64,000 nt of DNA from Auanema rhodensis (Eukaryota; Animalia; Nematoda): the NCBI GenBank assembly GCA_964057225.1, contig OZ059896.1, positions 2,232,001 through 2,296,000 of the forward strand, read 5' to 3'. How positions within the stretch are numbered: the stretch's first letter is position 1; each line of letters begins with the position of its first letter. Made by a program: the position numbers and the translations under genes. Under the pieces are notes generated by a model. That model ran no database searches. It was given only the letters and a program-made list of their open reading frames with translations, and was not told the origin of the DNA. Positions 30,701-44,578 of the stretch are shown piece by piece.

Positions 30701-33700
30701 TTTTCACCCTGAAGAATTAATTTTTTTGTTGAATAACAATGTCCATCGTCTTTGTCTTGAAAAAAGGAATCTAAAAACATCTACTTTTTGTGAAATTATT
30801 TTGAAATTTTTCGGGAAAATTTTTGTCAAAATGTTTTTGGAAGCAATGTTGAGTGTACATGGAAACTCAACATACACTAATGCATCATTTTTCAAACGAT
30901 CATAACTAATTTTTGTATTGAGTGTTTTCCAATGTAGTATAGTGCATTCGATGTGGATTTTTAAGCTGCGTCGATCTGTGTTATCAGATTTGCGCTAGCT
31001 TAAAAATGCACCGAGATATCAACTGATATAAGTTCACACTTATATCCTCGATTTTCACCCTGAAGAATTAATTTTTTTGTTGAATAACAATGTCCATCGT
31101 CTTTGTCTTGAAAAAAGGAATCTAAAAACATCTACTTTTTGTGAAATTATTTTGAAATTTTTCGGGAAAATTTTTGTCAAAATGTTTTTGGAAGCAATGT
31201 TGAGTGTACATGGAAACTCAACATACACTAATGCATCATTTTTCAAACGATCATAACTAATTTTTGTATTGAGCGTTTCTCCATGTAGTATAGTGCATTC
31301 GATGCGGATTTTTAAGCTGCGTCAATCTGTGTTATCAGATTTGCGCTAGCTTGAAAATGCACCGAGATATCAACTGATATAGGTTCACACTTATATCCTC
31401 GATTTTCACCGTGAAGAATTAATTTTTTCGTTGAATAACAATGTCCATCGTCTTTGTCTTGAAAAAAGGAATCTAAAAACATCTACTTTTTGTAAATTTA
31501 TTCTGAAATTTTTCGGGAAAATGTTTGTCAAAATGTTTTTGGAAGCAATGTTGAGTGTACATGGAAACTCAACATACACTAATGCATCATTTTTCAAACG
31601 ATCATAACTAATTTTTGTATTGAGCGTTTCTCCACGTAGTATAGTGCATTCGATGCGGATTTTTAAGCTGCGTCGATCTGTGTTATCAGATTTGCGCTAG
31701 CTTGAAAATGCACCGAGATATCAACTGATATAGGTTCACACTTATATCCTCGATTTTCACCCTGAAGATTTAATTTTTTCGTTGAATAACATTGTCCATC
31801 GTCTTTGTCTTGAAAAAAGGAATCTCAAAACATCTACTTTTTGTGAAATTATTTTGAAATTTTTCGGGAAAATTTTTGTCAAAATGTTTTTGGAAGCATT
31901 GTTGAGTGTACATGGAAACTCAACATACACTAATGCATCATTTTTCAAACGATCATAACTAATTTTTGTATTGAGTGTTTTCCAATGTAGTATAGTGCAT
32001 TCGATGTGGATTTTTAAGCTGCGTCGATCTGTGTTATCAGATTTGCGCTAGCTTAAAAATGCACCGAGATATCAACTGATATAAGTTCACACTTATATCC
32101 TCGATTTTCACCCTGAAGAATTAATTTTTTTGTTGAATAACAATGTCCATCGTCTTTGTCTTGAAAAAAGGAATCTAAAAACATCTACTTTTTGTGAAAT
32201 TATTTTGAAATTTTTCGGGAAAATTTTTGTCAAAATGTTTTTGGAAGCAATGTTGAGTGTACATGGAAACTCAACATACACTAATGCATCATTTTTCAAA
32301 CGATCATAACTAATTTTTGTATTGAGTGTTTCCCAATGTAGTATAGTGCATTCGATGCGGATTTTCAAGCTGCGTCGATCTGTGTTATCAGATTTGCGCT
32401 AGCTTGAAAATGCACCGAGATATCAACTGATATAGGTTCACACTTATATCCTCGATTTTCACCGTGAAGAATTAATTTTTTTGTTGAATAACAATGTCCA
32501 TCGTCTTTGTCTTGAAAAAAGGAATCTAAAAACATCTACTTTTTGTGAAATTATTTTGAAATTTTTCGGGAAAATTTTTGTCAAAATGTTTTTGGAAGCA
32601 TTGTTGAGTGTACATGGAAACTCAACATACACTAATGCATCATTTTTCAAACGATCATAACTAATTTTTGTATTGAGTATTTCCCAATGTAGTATAGTGC
32701 ATTCGATGTGGATTTTTAAGCTGCGTCAATCTGTGTTATCAGATTTGCGCTAGCTTAAAAATGCACCGAGATATCAACTGATATAAGTTCACACTTATAT
32801 CCTCGATTTTCACCCTGAAGAATTAATTTTTTTGTTGAATAACAATGTCCATCGTCTTTGTCTTGAAAAAAGGAATCTAAAAACATCTACTTTTAGTGAA
32901 ATTATTTTGAAATTTTTCGGGAAAATTTTTGTCAAAATGTTTTTGGAAGCAATGTTGAGTGTACATGGAAACTCAACATACACTAATGCATCATTTTTCA
33001 AACGATCATAACTAATTTTTGTATTGAGCGTTTCTCCATGTAGTATAGTGCATTCGATGCGGATTTTTAAGCTGCGTCGATCTGTGTTATCAGATTTGCG
33101 CTAGCTTGAAAATGCACCGAGATATCAACTGATATAGGTTCACACTTATATCCTCGATTTTCACCGTGAAGAATTAATTTTTTCGTTGAATAACAATGTC
33201 CATCGTCTTTGTCTTGAAAAAAGGAATCTAAAAACATCTACTTTTTGTAAATTTATTCTGAAATTTTTCGGGAAAATGTTTGTCAAAATGTTTTTGGAAG
33301 CAATGTTGAGTGTACATGGAAACTCAACATACACTAATGCATCATTTTTCAAACAATCATAACTAATTTTTGTATTGAGCGTTTCTCCACGTAGTATAGT
33401 GCATTCGATGCGGATTTTTAAGCTGCGTCGATCTGTGTTATCAGATTTGCGCTAGCTTGAAAATGCACCGAGATATCAACTGATATAGGTTCACACTTAT
33501 ATCCTCGATTTTCACCCTGAAGATTTAATTTTTTCGTTGAATAACATTGTCCATCGTCTTTGTCTTGAAAAAAGGAATCTAAAAACATCTACTTTTTGTG
33601 AAATTATTTCGAAATTTTTCGGGAAAATTTTTGTCAAAATGTTTTTGGAAGCATTGTTGAGTGTACATGGAAACTCAACATACACTAATGCATCATTTTT

Positions 33701-34048
33701 CAAACGATCATAACTAATTTTTGTATTGAGTGTTTTCCAATGTAGTATAGTGCATTCGATGTGGATTTTTAAGCTGCGTCGATCTGTGTTATCAGATTTG
33801 CGCTAGCTTAAAAATGCACCGAGATATCAACTGATATAGGTTCACACTTATATCCTCGATTTTCACCCTGAAGAATTAATTTTTTTGTTGAATAACAATG
33901 TCCATCGTCTTTGTCTTGAAAAAAGGAATCTAAAAACATCTACTTTTTGTGAAATTATTTTGAAATTTTTCGGGAAAATTTTTGTCAAAATGTTTTTGGA
34001 AGCAATGTTGAGTGTACATGGAAACTCAACATACACTAATGCATCATT

Positions 34049-36154
34049 TTTCAAACGATCATAACTAATTTTTGTATTGAGTGTTTTCCAATGTAGTATA
34101 GTGCATTCGATGTGGATTTTTAAGCTGCGTCGATCTGTGTTATCAGATTTGCGCTAGCTTGAAAATGCACCGAGATATCAACTGATATAGGTTCACACTT
34201 ATATCCTCGATTTTCACCGTGAAGAATTAATTTTTTTGTTGAATAACAATGTCCATCGTCTTTGTCTTGAAAAAAGGAATCTAAAAACATCTACTTTTTG
34301 TGAAATTATTTTGAAATTTTTCGGGAAAATTTTTGTCAAAATGTTTTTGGAAGCATTGTTAAGTGTACATGGAAACTCAACATACACTAATGCATCATTT
34401 TTCAAACGATCATAACTAATTTTTGTATTGAGTATTTCCCAATGTAGTATAGTGCATTCGATGTGGATTTTTAAGCTGCGTCAATCTGTGTTATCAGATT
34501 TGCGCTAGCTTAAAAATGCACCGAGATATCAACTGATATAAGTTCACACTTATATCCTCGATTTTCACCCTGAAGAATTAATTTTTTTGTTGAATAACAA
34601 TGTCCATCGTCTTTGTCTTGAAAAAAGGAATCTAAAAACATCTACTTTTTGTGAAATTATTTTGAAATTTTTCGGGAAAATTTTTGTCAAAATGTTTTTG
34701 GAAGCAATGTTGAGTGTACATGGAAACTCAACATACACTAATGCATCATTTTTCAAACGATCATAACTAATTTTTGTATTGAGTGTTTTCCAATGTAGTA
34801 TAGTGCATTCGATGTGGATTTTTAAGCTGCGTCGATCTGTGTTATCAGATTTGCGCTAGCTTGAAAATGCACCGAGATATCAACTGATATAGGTTCACAC
34901 TTATATCCTCGATTTTCATAGTGAAGAATTAATTTTTTTGTTGAATAACAATGTCCATCGTCTTTGTCTTGAAAAAAGGAATCTAAAAACATCTACTTTT
35001 TGTGAAATTATTTTGAAATTTTTCGGGAAAATTTTTGTCAAAATGTTTTTGGAAGCATTGTTGAGTGTACATGGAAACTCAACATACACTAATGCATCAT
35101 TTTTCAAACGATCATAACTAATTTTTGTATTGAGTGTTTTCCAATGTAGTATAGTGCATTCGATGTGGATTTTTAAGCTGCGTCGATCTGTGTTATCAGA
35201 TTTGCGCTAGCTTGAAAATGCACCGAGATATCAACTGATATAGGTTCACACTTATATCCTCGATTTTCACCGTGAAGAATTAATTTTTTTGTTGAATAAC
35301 AATGTCCATCGTCTTTGTCTTGAAAAAAGGAATCTAAAAACATCTACTTTTTGTGAAATTATTTTGAAATTTTTCGGGAAAATTTTTGTCAAAATGTTTT
35401 TGGAAGCATTGTTAAGTGTACATGGAAACTCAACATACACTAATGCATCATTTTTCAAACGATCATAACTAATTTTTGTATTGAGTATTTCCCAATGTAG
35501 TATAGTGCATTCGATGTGGATTTTTAAGCTGCGTCAATCTGTGTTATCAGATTTGCGCTAGCTTAAAAATGCACCGAGATATCAACTGATATAAGTTCAC
35601 ACTTATATCCTCGATTTTCACCCTGAAGAATTAATTTTTTTGTTGAATAACAATGTCCATCGTCTTTGTCTTGAAAAAAGGAATCTAAAAACATCTACTT
35701 TTTGTGAAATTATTTTGAAATTTTTCGGGAAAATTTTTGTCAAAATGTTTTTGGAAGCAATGTTGAGTGTACATGGAAACTCAACATACACTAATGCATC
35801 ATTTTTCAAACGATCATAACTAATTTTTGTATTGAGTGTTTTCCAATGTAGTATAGTGCATTCGATGTGGATTTTTAAGCTGCGTCGATCTGTGTTATCA
35901 GATTTGCGCTAGCTTGAAAATGCACCGAGATATCAACTGATATAGGTTCACACTTATATCCTCGATTTTCATAGTGAAGAATTAATTTTTTTGTTGAATA
36001 ACAATGTCCATCGTCTTTGTCTTGAAAAAAGGAATCTAAAAACATCTACTTTTTGTGAAATTATTTTGAAATTTTTCGGGAAAATTTTTGTCAAAATGTT
36101 TTTGGAAGCATTGTTGAGTGTACATGGAAACTCAACATACACTAATGCATCATT
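34049..36154 (+). repeat. 3-mer (1053 bp) higher-order repeat, two copies
   Basis: The monomer order with gttaagtg, gagtattt and catagtg variants repeats at ORFs 34214/34565/34916 and 35267/35618/35969. Confidence 0.8.
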
Positions 36155-37909
36155 TTTCAAACGATCATAACTAATTTTTGTATTGAGCGTTTCTCCACGT
36201 AGTATAGTGCATTCGATGCGGATTTTTAAGCTGCGTCGATCTGTGTTATCAGATTTGCGCTAGCTTGAAAATGCACCGAGATATCAACTGATATAGGTTC
36301 ACACTTATATCCTCGATTTTCACCCTGAAGATTTAATTTTTTCGTTGAATAACATTGTCCATCGTCTTTGTCTTGAAAAAAGGAATCTAAAAACATCTAC
36401 TTTTTGTGAAATTATTTTGAAATTTTTCGGGAAAATTTTTGTCAAAATGTTTTTGGAAGCATTGTTGAGTGTACATGGAAACTCAACATACACTAATGCA
36501 TCATTTTTCAAACGATCATAACTAATTTTTGTATTGAGTGTTTTCCAATGTAGTATAGTGCATTCGATGTGGATTTTTAAGCTGCGTCGATCTGTGTTAT
36601 CAGATTTGCGCTAGCTTAAAAATGCACCGAGATATCAACTGATATAAGTTCACACTTATATCCTCGATTTTCACCCTGAAGAATTAATTTTTTTGTTGAA
36701 TAACAATGTCCATCGTCTTTGTCTTGAAAAAAGGAATCTAAAAACATCTACTTTTTGTGAAATTATTTTGAAATTTTTCGGGAAAATTTTTGTCAAAATG
36801 TTTTTGGAAGCAATGTTGAGTGTACATGGAAACTCAACATACACTAATGCATCATTTTTCAAACGATCATAACTAATTTTTGTATTGAGTGTTTCCCAAT
36901 GTAGTATAGTGCATTCGATGCGGATTTTCAAGCTGCGTCGATCTGTGTTATCAGATTTGCGCTAGCTTGAAAATGCACCGAGATATCAACTGATATAGGT
37001 TCACACTTATATCTTCGATTTTCACCGTGAAGAATTAATTTTTTTGTTGAATAACAATGTCCATCGTCTTTGTCTTGAAAAAAGGAATCTAAAAACATCT
37101 ACTTTTTGTGAAATTATTTTGAAATTTTTCGGGAAAATTTTTGTCAAAATGTTTTTGGAAGCATTGTTGAGTGTACATGGAAACTCAACATACACTAATG
37201 CATCATTTTTCAAACGATCATAACTAATTTTTGTATTGAGTATTTCCCAATGTAGTATAGTGCATTCGATGTGGATTTTTAAGCTGCGTCAATCTGTGTT
37301 ATCAGATTTGCGCTAGCTTAAAAATGCACCGAGATATCAACTGATATAAGTTCACACTTATATCCTCGATTTTCACCCTGAAGAATTATTTTTTTTGTTG
37401 AATAACAATGTCCATCGTCTTTGTCTTGAAAAAAGGAATCTAAAAACATCTACTTTTAGTGAAATTATTTTGAAATTTTTCGGGAAAATTTTTGTCAAAA
37501 TGTTTTTGGAAGCAATGTTGAGTGTACATGGAAACTCAACATACACTAATGCATCATTTTTCAAACGATCATAACTAATTTTTGTATTGAGTGTTTCCCA
37601 ATGTAGTATAGTGCATTCGATGCGGATTTTCAAGCTGCGTCGATCTGTGTTATCAGATTTGCGCTAGCTTGAAAATGCACCGAGATATCAACTGATATAG
37701 GTTCACACTTATATCCTCGATTTTCACCGTGAAGAATTAATTTTTTTGTTGAATAACAATGTCCATCGTCTTTGTCTTGAAAAAAGGAATCTAAAAACAT
37801 CTACTTTTTGTGAAATTATTTTGAAATTTTTCGGGAAAATTTTTGTCAAAATGTTTTTGGAAGCATTGTTGAGTGTACATGGAAACTCAACATACACTAA
37901 TGCATCATT

Positions 37910-40900
37910 TTTCAAACGATCATAACTAATTTTTGTATTGAGTATTTCCCAATGTAGTATAGTGCATTCGATGTGGATTTTTAAGCTGCGTCAATCTGTG
38001 TTATCAGATTTGCGCTAGCTTAAAAATGCACCGAGATATCAACTGATATAAGTTCACACTTATATCCTCGATTTTCACCCTGAAGAATTAATTTTTTTGT
38101 TGAATAACAATGTCCATCGTCTTTGTCTTGAAAAAAGGAATCTAAAAACATCTACTTTTAGTGAAATTATTTTGAAATTTTTCGGGAAAATTTTTGTCAA
38201 AATGTTTTTGGAAGCAATGTTGAGTGTACATGGAAACTCAACATACACTAATGCATCATTTTTCAAACGATCATAACTAATTTTTGTATTGAGCGTTTCT
38301 CCATGTAGTATAGTGCATTCGATGCGGATTTTTAAGCTGCGTCGATCTGTGTTATCAGATTTGCGCTAGCTTGAAAATGCACCGAGATATCAACTGATAT
38401 AGGTTCACACTTATATCCTCGATTTTCACCGTGAAGAATTAATTTTTTCGTTGAATAACAATGTCCATCGTCTTTGTCTTGAAAAAAGGAATCTAAAAAC
38501 ATCTACTTTTTGTAAATTTATTCTGAAATTTTTCGGGAAAATGTTTGTCAAAATGTTTTTGGAAGCAATGTTGAGTGTACATGGAAACTCAACATACACT
38601 AATGCATCATTTTTCAAACAATCATAACTAATTTTTGTATTGAGCGTTTCTCCACGTAGTATAGTGCATTCGATGCGGATTTTTAAGCTGCGTCGATCTG
38701 TGTTATCAGATTTGCGCTAGCTTGAAAATGCACCGAGATATCAACTGATATAGGTTCACACTTATATCCTCGATTTTCACCCTGAAGATTTAATTTTTTC
38801 GTTGAATAACATTGTCCATCGTCTTTGTCTTGAAAAAAGGAATCTAAAAACATCTACTTTTTGTGAAATTATTTTGAAATTTTTCGGGAAAATTTTTGTC
38901 AAAATGTTTTTGGAAGCATTGTTGAGTGTACATGGAAACTCAACATACACTAATGCATCATTTTTCAAACGATCATAACTAATTTTTGTATTGAGTGTTT
39001 TCCAATGTAGTATAGTGCATTCGATGTGGATTTTTAAGCTGCGTCGATCTGTGTTATCAGATTTGCGCTAGCTTAAAAATGCACCGAGATATCAACTGAT
39101 ATAGGTTCACACTTATATCCTCGATTTTCACCCTGAAGAATTAATTTTTTTGTTGAATAACAATGTCCATCGTCTTTGTCTTGAAAAAAGGAATCTAAAA
39201 ACATCTACTTTTTGTGAAATTATTTTGAAATTTTTCGGGAAAATTTTTGTCAAAATGTTTTTGGAAGCAATGTTGAGTGTACATGGAAACTCAACATACA
39301 CTAATGCATCATTTTTCAAACGATCATAACTAATTTTTGTATTGAGTGTTTTCCAATGTAGTATAGTGCATTCGATGTGGATTTTTAAGCTGCGTCAATC
39401 TGTGTTATCAGATTTGCGCTAGCTTAAAAATGCACCGAGATATCAACTGATATAAGTTCACACTTATATCCTCGATTTTCACCCTGAAGAATTAATTTTT
39501 TTGTTGAATAACAATGTCCATCGTCTTTGTCTTGAAAAAAGGAATCTAAAAACATCTACTTTTAGTGAAATTATTTTGAAATTTTTCGGGAAAATTTTTG
39601 TCAAAATGTTTTTGGAAGCAATGTTGAGTGTACATGGAAACTCAACATACACTAATGCATCATTTTTCAAACGATCATAACTAATTTTTGTATTGAGCGT
39701 TTCTCCATGTAGTATAGTGCATTCGATGCGGATTTTTAAGCTGCGTCGATCTGTGTTATCAGATTTGCGCTAGCTTGAAAATGCACCGAGATATCAACTG
39801 ATATAGGTTCACACTTATATCCTCGATTTTCACCGTGAAGAATTAATTTTTTCGTTGAATAACAATGTCCATCGTCTTTGTCTTGAAAAAAGGAATCTAA
39901 AAACATCTACTTTTTGTAAATTTATTCTGAAATTTTTCGGGAAAATGTTTGTCAAAATGTTTTTGGAAGCAATGTTGAGTGTACATGGAAACTCAACATA
40001 CACTAATGCATCATTTTTCAAACAATCATAACTAATTTTTGTATTGAGCGTTTCTCCACGTAGTATAGTGCATTCGATGCGGATTTTTAAGCTGCGTCGA
40101 TCTGTGTTATCAGATTTGCGCTAGCTTGAAAATGCACCGAGATATCAACTGATATAGGTTCACACTTATATCCTCGATTTTCACCCTGAAGATTTAATTT
40201 TTTCGTTGAATAACATTGTCCATCGTCTTTGTCTTGAAAAAAGGAATCTAAAAACATCTACTTTTTGTGAAATTATTTTGAAATTTTTCGGGAAAATTTT
40301 TGTCAAAATGTTTTTGGAAGCATTGTTGAGTGTACATGGAAACTCAACATACACTAATGCATCATTTTTCAAACGATCATAACTAATTTTTGTATTGAGT
40401 GTTTTCCAATGTAGTATAGTGCATTCGATGTGGATTTTTAAGCTGCGTCGATCTGTGTTATCAGATTTGCGCTAGCTTAAAAATGCACCGAGATATCAAC
40501 TGATATAGGTTCACACTTATATCCTCGATTTTCACCCTGAAGAATTAATTTTTTTGTTGAATAACAATGTCCATCGTCTTTGTCTTGAAAAAAGGAATCT
40601 AAAAACATCTACTTTTTGTGAAATTATTTTGAAATTTTTCGGGAAAATTTTTGTCAAAATGTTTTTGGAAGCAATGTTGAGTGTACATGGAAACTCAACA
40701 TACACTAATGCATCATTTTTCAAACGATCATAACTAATTTTTGTATTGAGTGTTTTCCAATGTAGTATAGTGCATTCGATGTGGATTTTTAAGCTGCGTC
40801 AATCTGTGTTATCAGATTTGCGCTAGCTTAAAAATGCACCGAGATATCAACTGATATAAGTTCACACTTATATCCTCGATTTTCACCCTGAAGAATTAAT

Positions 40901-42121
40901 TTTTTTGTTGAATAACAATGTCCATCGTCTTTGTCTTGAAAAAAGGAATCTAAAAACATCTACTTTTAGTGAAATTATTTTGAAATTTTTCGGGAAAATT
41001 TTTGTCAAAATGTTTTTGGAAGCAATGTTGAGTGTACATGGAAACTCAACATACACTAATGCATCATTTTTCAAACGATCATAACTAATTTTTGTATTGA
41101 GCGTTTCTCCATGTAGTATAGTGCATTCGATGCGGATTTTTAAGCTGCGTCGATCTGTGTTATCAGATTTGCGCTAGCTTGAAAATGCACCGAGATATCA
41201 ACTGATATAGGTTCACACTTATATCCTCGATTTTCACCGTGAAGAATTAATTTTTTCGTTGAATAACAATGTCCATCGTCTTTGTCTTGAAAAAAGGAAT
41301 CTAAAAACATCTACTTTTTGTAAATTTATTCTGAAATTTTTCGGGAAAATGTTTGTCAAAATGTTTTTGGAAGCAATGTTGAGTGTACATGGAAACTCAA
41401 CATACACTAATGCATCATTTTTCAAACAATCATAACTAATTTTTGTATTGAGCGTTTCTCCACGTAGTATAGTGCATTCGATGCGGATTTTTAAGCTGCG
41501 TCGATCTGTGTTATCAGATTTGCGCTAGCTTGAAAATGCACCGAGATATCAACTGATATAGGTTCACACTTATATCCTCGATTTTCACCCTGAAGATTTA
41601 ATTTTTTCGTTGAATAACATTGTCCATCGTCTTTGTCTTGAAAAAAGGAATCTAAAAACATCTACTTTTTGTGAAATTATTTTGAAATTTTTCGGGAAAA
41701 TTTTTGTCAAAATGTTTTTGGAAGCATTGTTGAGTGTACATGGAAACTCAACATACACTAATGCATCATTTTTCAAACGATCATAACTAATTTTTGTATT
41801 GAGTGTTTTCCAATGTAGTATAGTGCATTCGATGTGGATTTTTAAGCTGCGTCGATCTGTGTTATCAGATTTGCGCTAGCTTAAAAATGCACCGAGATAT
41901 CAACTGATATAGGTTCACACTTATATCCTCGATTTTCACCCTGAAGAATTAATTTTTTTGTTGAATAACAATGTCCATCGTCTTTGTCTTGAAAAAAGGA
42001 ATCTAAAAACATCTACTTTTTGTGAAATTATTTTGAAATTTTTCGGGAAAATTTTTGTCAAAATGTTTTTGGAAGCAATGTTGAGTGTACATGGAAACTC
42101 AACATACACTAATGCATCATT
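37910..42121 (+). repeat. 4-mer (1404 bp) higher-order repeat, three tandem copies
   Basis: The cttttagtg variant ('ISLK') recurs at ORFs 38075, 39479 and 40883, each followed by the same three monomer types. Confidence 0.9.
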
Positions 42122-44578
42122 TTTCAAACGATCATAACTAATTTTTGTATTGAGTGTTTTCCAATGTAGTATAGTGCATTCGATGTGGATTTTTAAGCTG
42201 CGTCGATCTGTGTTATCAGATTTGCGCTAGCTTGAAAATGCACCGAGATATCAACTGATATAGGTTCACACTTATATCCTCGATTTTCACCGTGAAGAAT
42301 TAATTTTTTTGTTGAATAACAATGTCCATCGTCTTTGTCTTGAAAAAAGGAATCTAAAAACATCTACTTTTTGTGAAATTATTTTGAAATTTTTCGGGAA
42401 AATTTTTGTCAAAATGTTTTTGGAAGCATTGTTAAGTGTACATGGAAACTCAACATACACTAATGCATCATTTTTCAAACGATCATAACTAATTTTTGTA
42501 TTGAGTATTTCCCAATGTAGTATAGTGCATTCGATGTGGATTTTTAAGCTGCGTCAATCTGTGTTATCAGATTTGCGCTAGCTTAAAAATGCACCGAGAT
42601 ATCAACTGATATAAGTTCACACTTATATCCTCGATTTTCACCCTGAAGAATTAATTTTTTTGTTGAATAACAATGTCCATCGTCTTTGTCTTGAAAAAAG
42701 GAATCTAAAAACATCTACTTTTTGTGAAATTATTTTGAAATTTTTCGGGAAAATTTTTGTCAAAATGTTTTTGGAAGCAATGTTGAGTGTACATGGAAAC
42801 TCAACATACACTAATGCATCATTTTTCAAACGATCATAACTAATTTTTGTATTGAGTGTTTTCCAATGTAGTATAGTGCATTCTATGTGGATTTTTAAGC
42901 TGCGTCGATCTGTGTTATCAGATTTGCGCTAGCTTAAAAATGCACCGAGATATCAACTGATATAAGTTCACACTTATATCCTCGATTTTCACCCTGAAGA
43001 ATTAATTTTTTTGTTGAATAACAATGTCCATCGTCTTTGTCTTGAAAAAAGGAATCTAAAAACATCTACTTTTTGTGAAATTATTTTGAAATTTTTCGGG
43101 AAAATTTTTGTCAAAATGTTTTTGGAAGCAATGTTGAGTGTACATGGAAACTCAACATACACTAATGCATCATTTTTCAAACGATCATAACTAATTTTTG
43201 TATTGAGCGTTTCTCCATGTAGTATAGTGCATTCGATGCGGATTTTTAAGCTGCGTCGATCTGTGTTATCAGATTTGCGCTAGCTTGAAAATGCACCGAG
43301 ATATCAACTGATATAGGTTCACACTTATATCCTCGATTTTCACCGTGAAGAATTAATTTTTTCGTTGAATAACAATGTCCATCGTCTTTGTCTTGAAAAA
43401 AGGAATCTAAAAACATCTACTTTTTGTAAATTTATTCTGAAATTTTTCGGGAAAATGTTTGTCAAAATGTTTTTGGAAGCAATGTTGAGTGTACATGGAA
43501 ACTCAACATACACTAATGCATCATTTTTCAAACAATCATAACTAATTTTTGTATTGAGCGTTTCTTAATGTAGTATAGTACATTCGATGCGGATTTTTAA
43601 GCTGCGTCGATCTGTGTTATCAGATTTGCGCTAGCTTAAAAATGAACCGAGATATCAACTGATATAGGTTCACACTTATATCCTCGATTTTCACCGTGAA
43701 GAATTAATTTTTTTGTTGAATGACAATGTCCATCGTCTTTGTCTTGAAAAAAGGAATCTAAAAACATCTACTTTTTGTAAATTTATTCTGAAATTTTTCG
43801 GGAAAATGTTTGTCAAAATGTTTTTGGAAGCAATGTTGAGTGTACATGGAAACTCAACATACACTAATGCATCATTTTTCAAACGATCATAACTAATTTT
43901 TGTATTGAGCGTTTCTTCATGTAGTATAGTGCATTCGATGCGGATTTTTAAGCTGCGTCGATCTGTGTTATCAGATTTGCGCTAGCTTGAAAATGAACCG
44001 AGATATCAACTGATATAGGTTCACACTTATATCCTCGATTTTCACCCTGAAGATTTAATTTTTTCGTTGAATAACATTGTCCATCGTCTTTGTCTTGAAA
44101 AAAGGAATCTAAAAACATCTACTTTTTGTAAATTTATTCTGAAATTTTTCGGGAAAATGTTTGTCAAAATGTTTTTGGAAGCAATGTTGAGTGTACATGG
44201 AAACTCAACATACACTAATGCATCATTTTTCAAACGATCATAACTAATTTTTGTATTGAGCGTTTCTCCATGTAGTATAGTGCATTCGATGCGGATTTTT
44301 AAGCTGCGTCGATCTGTGTTATCAGATTTGCGCTAGCTTGAAAATGCACCGAGATATCAACTGATATAGGTTCACACTTATATCCTCGATTTTCACCGTG
44401 AAGAATTAATTTTTTCGTTGAATAACAATGTCCATCGTCTTTGTCTTGAAAAAAGGAATCTAAAAACATCTACTTTTTGTAAATTTATTCTGAAATTTTT
44501 CGGGAAAATGTTTGTCAAAATGTTTTTGGAAGCAATGTTGAGTGTACATGGAAACTCAACATACACTAATGCATCATT

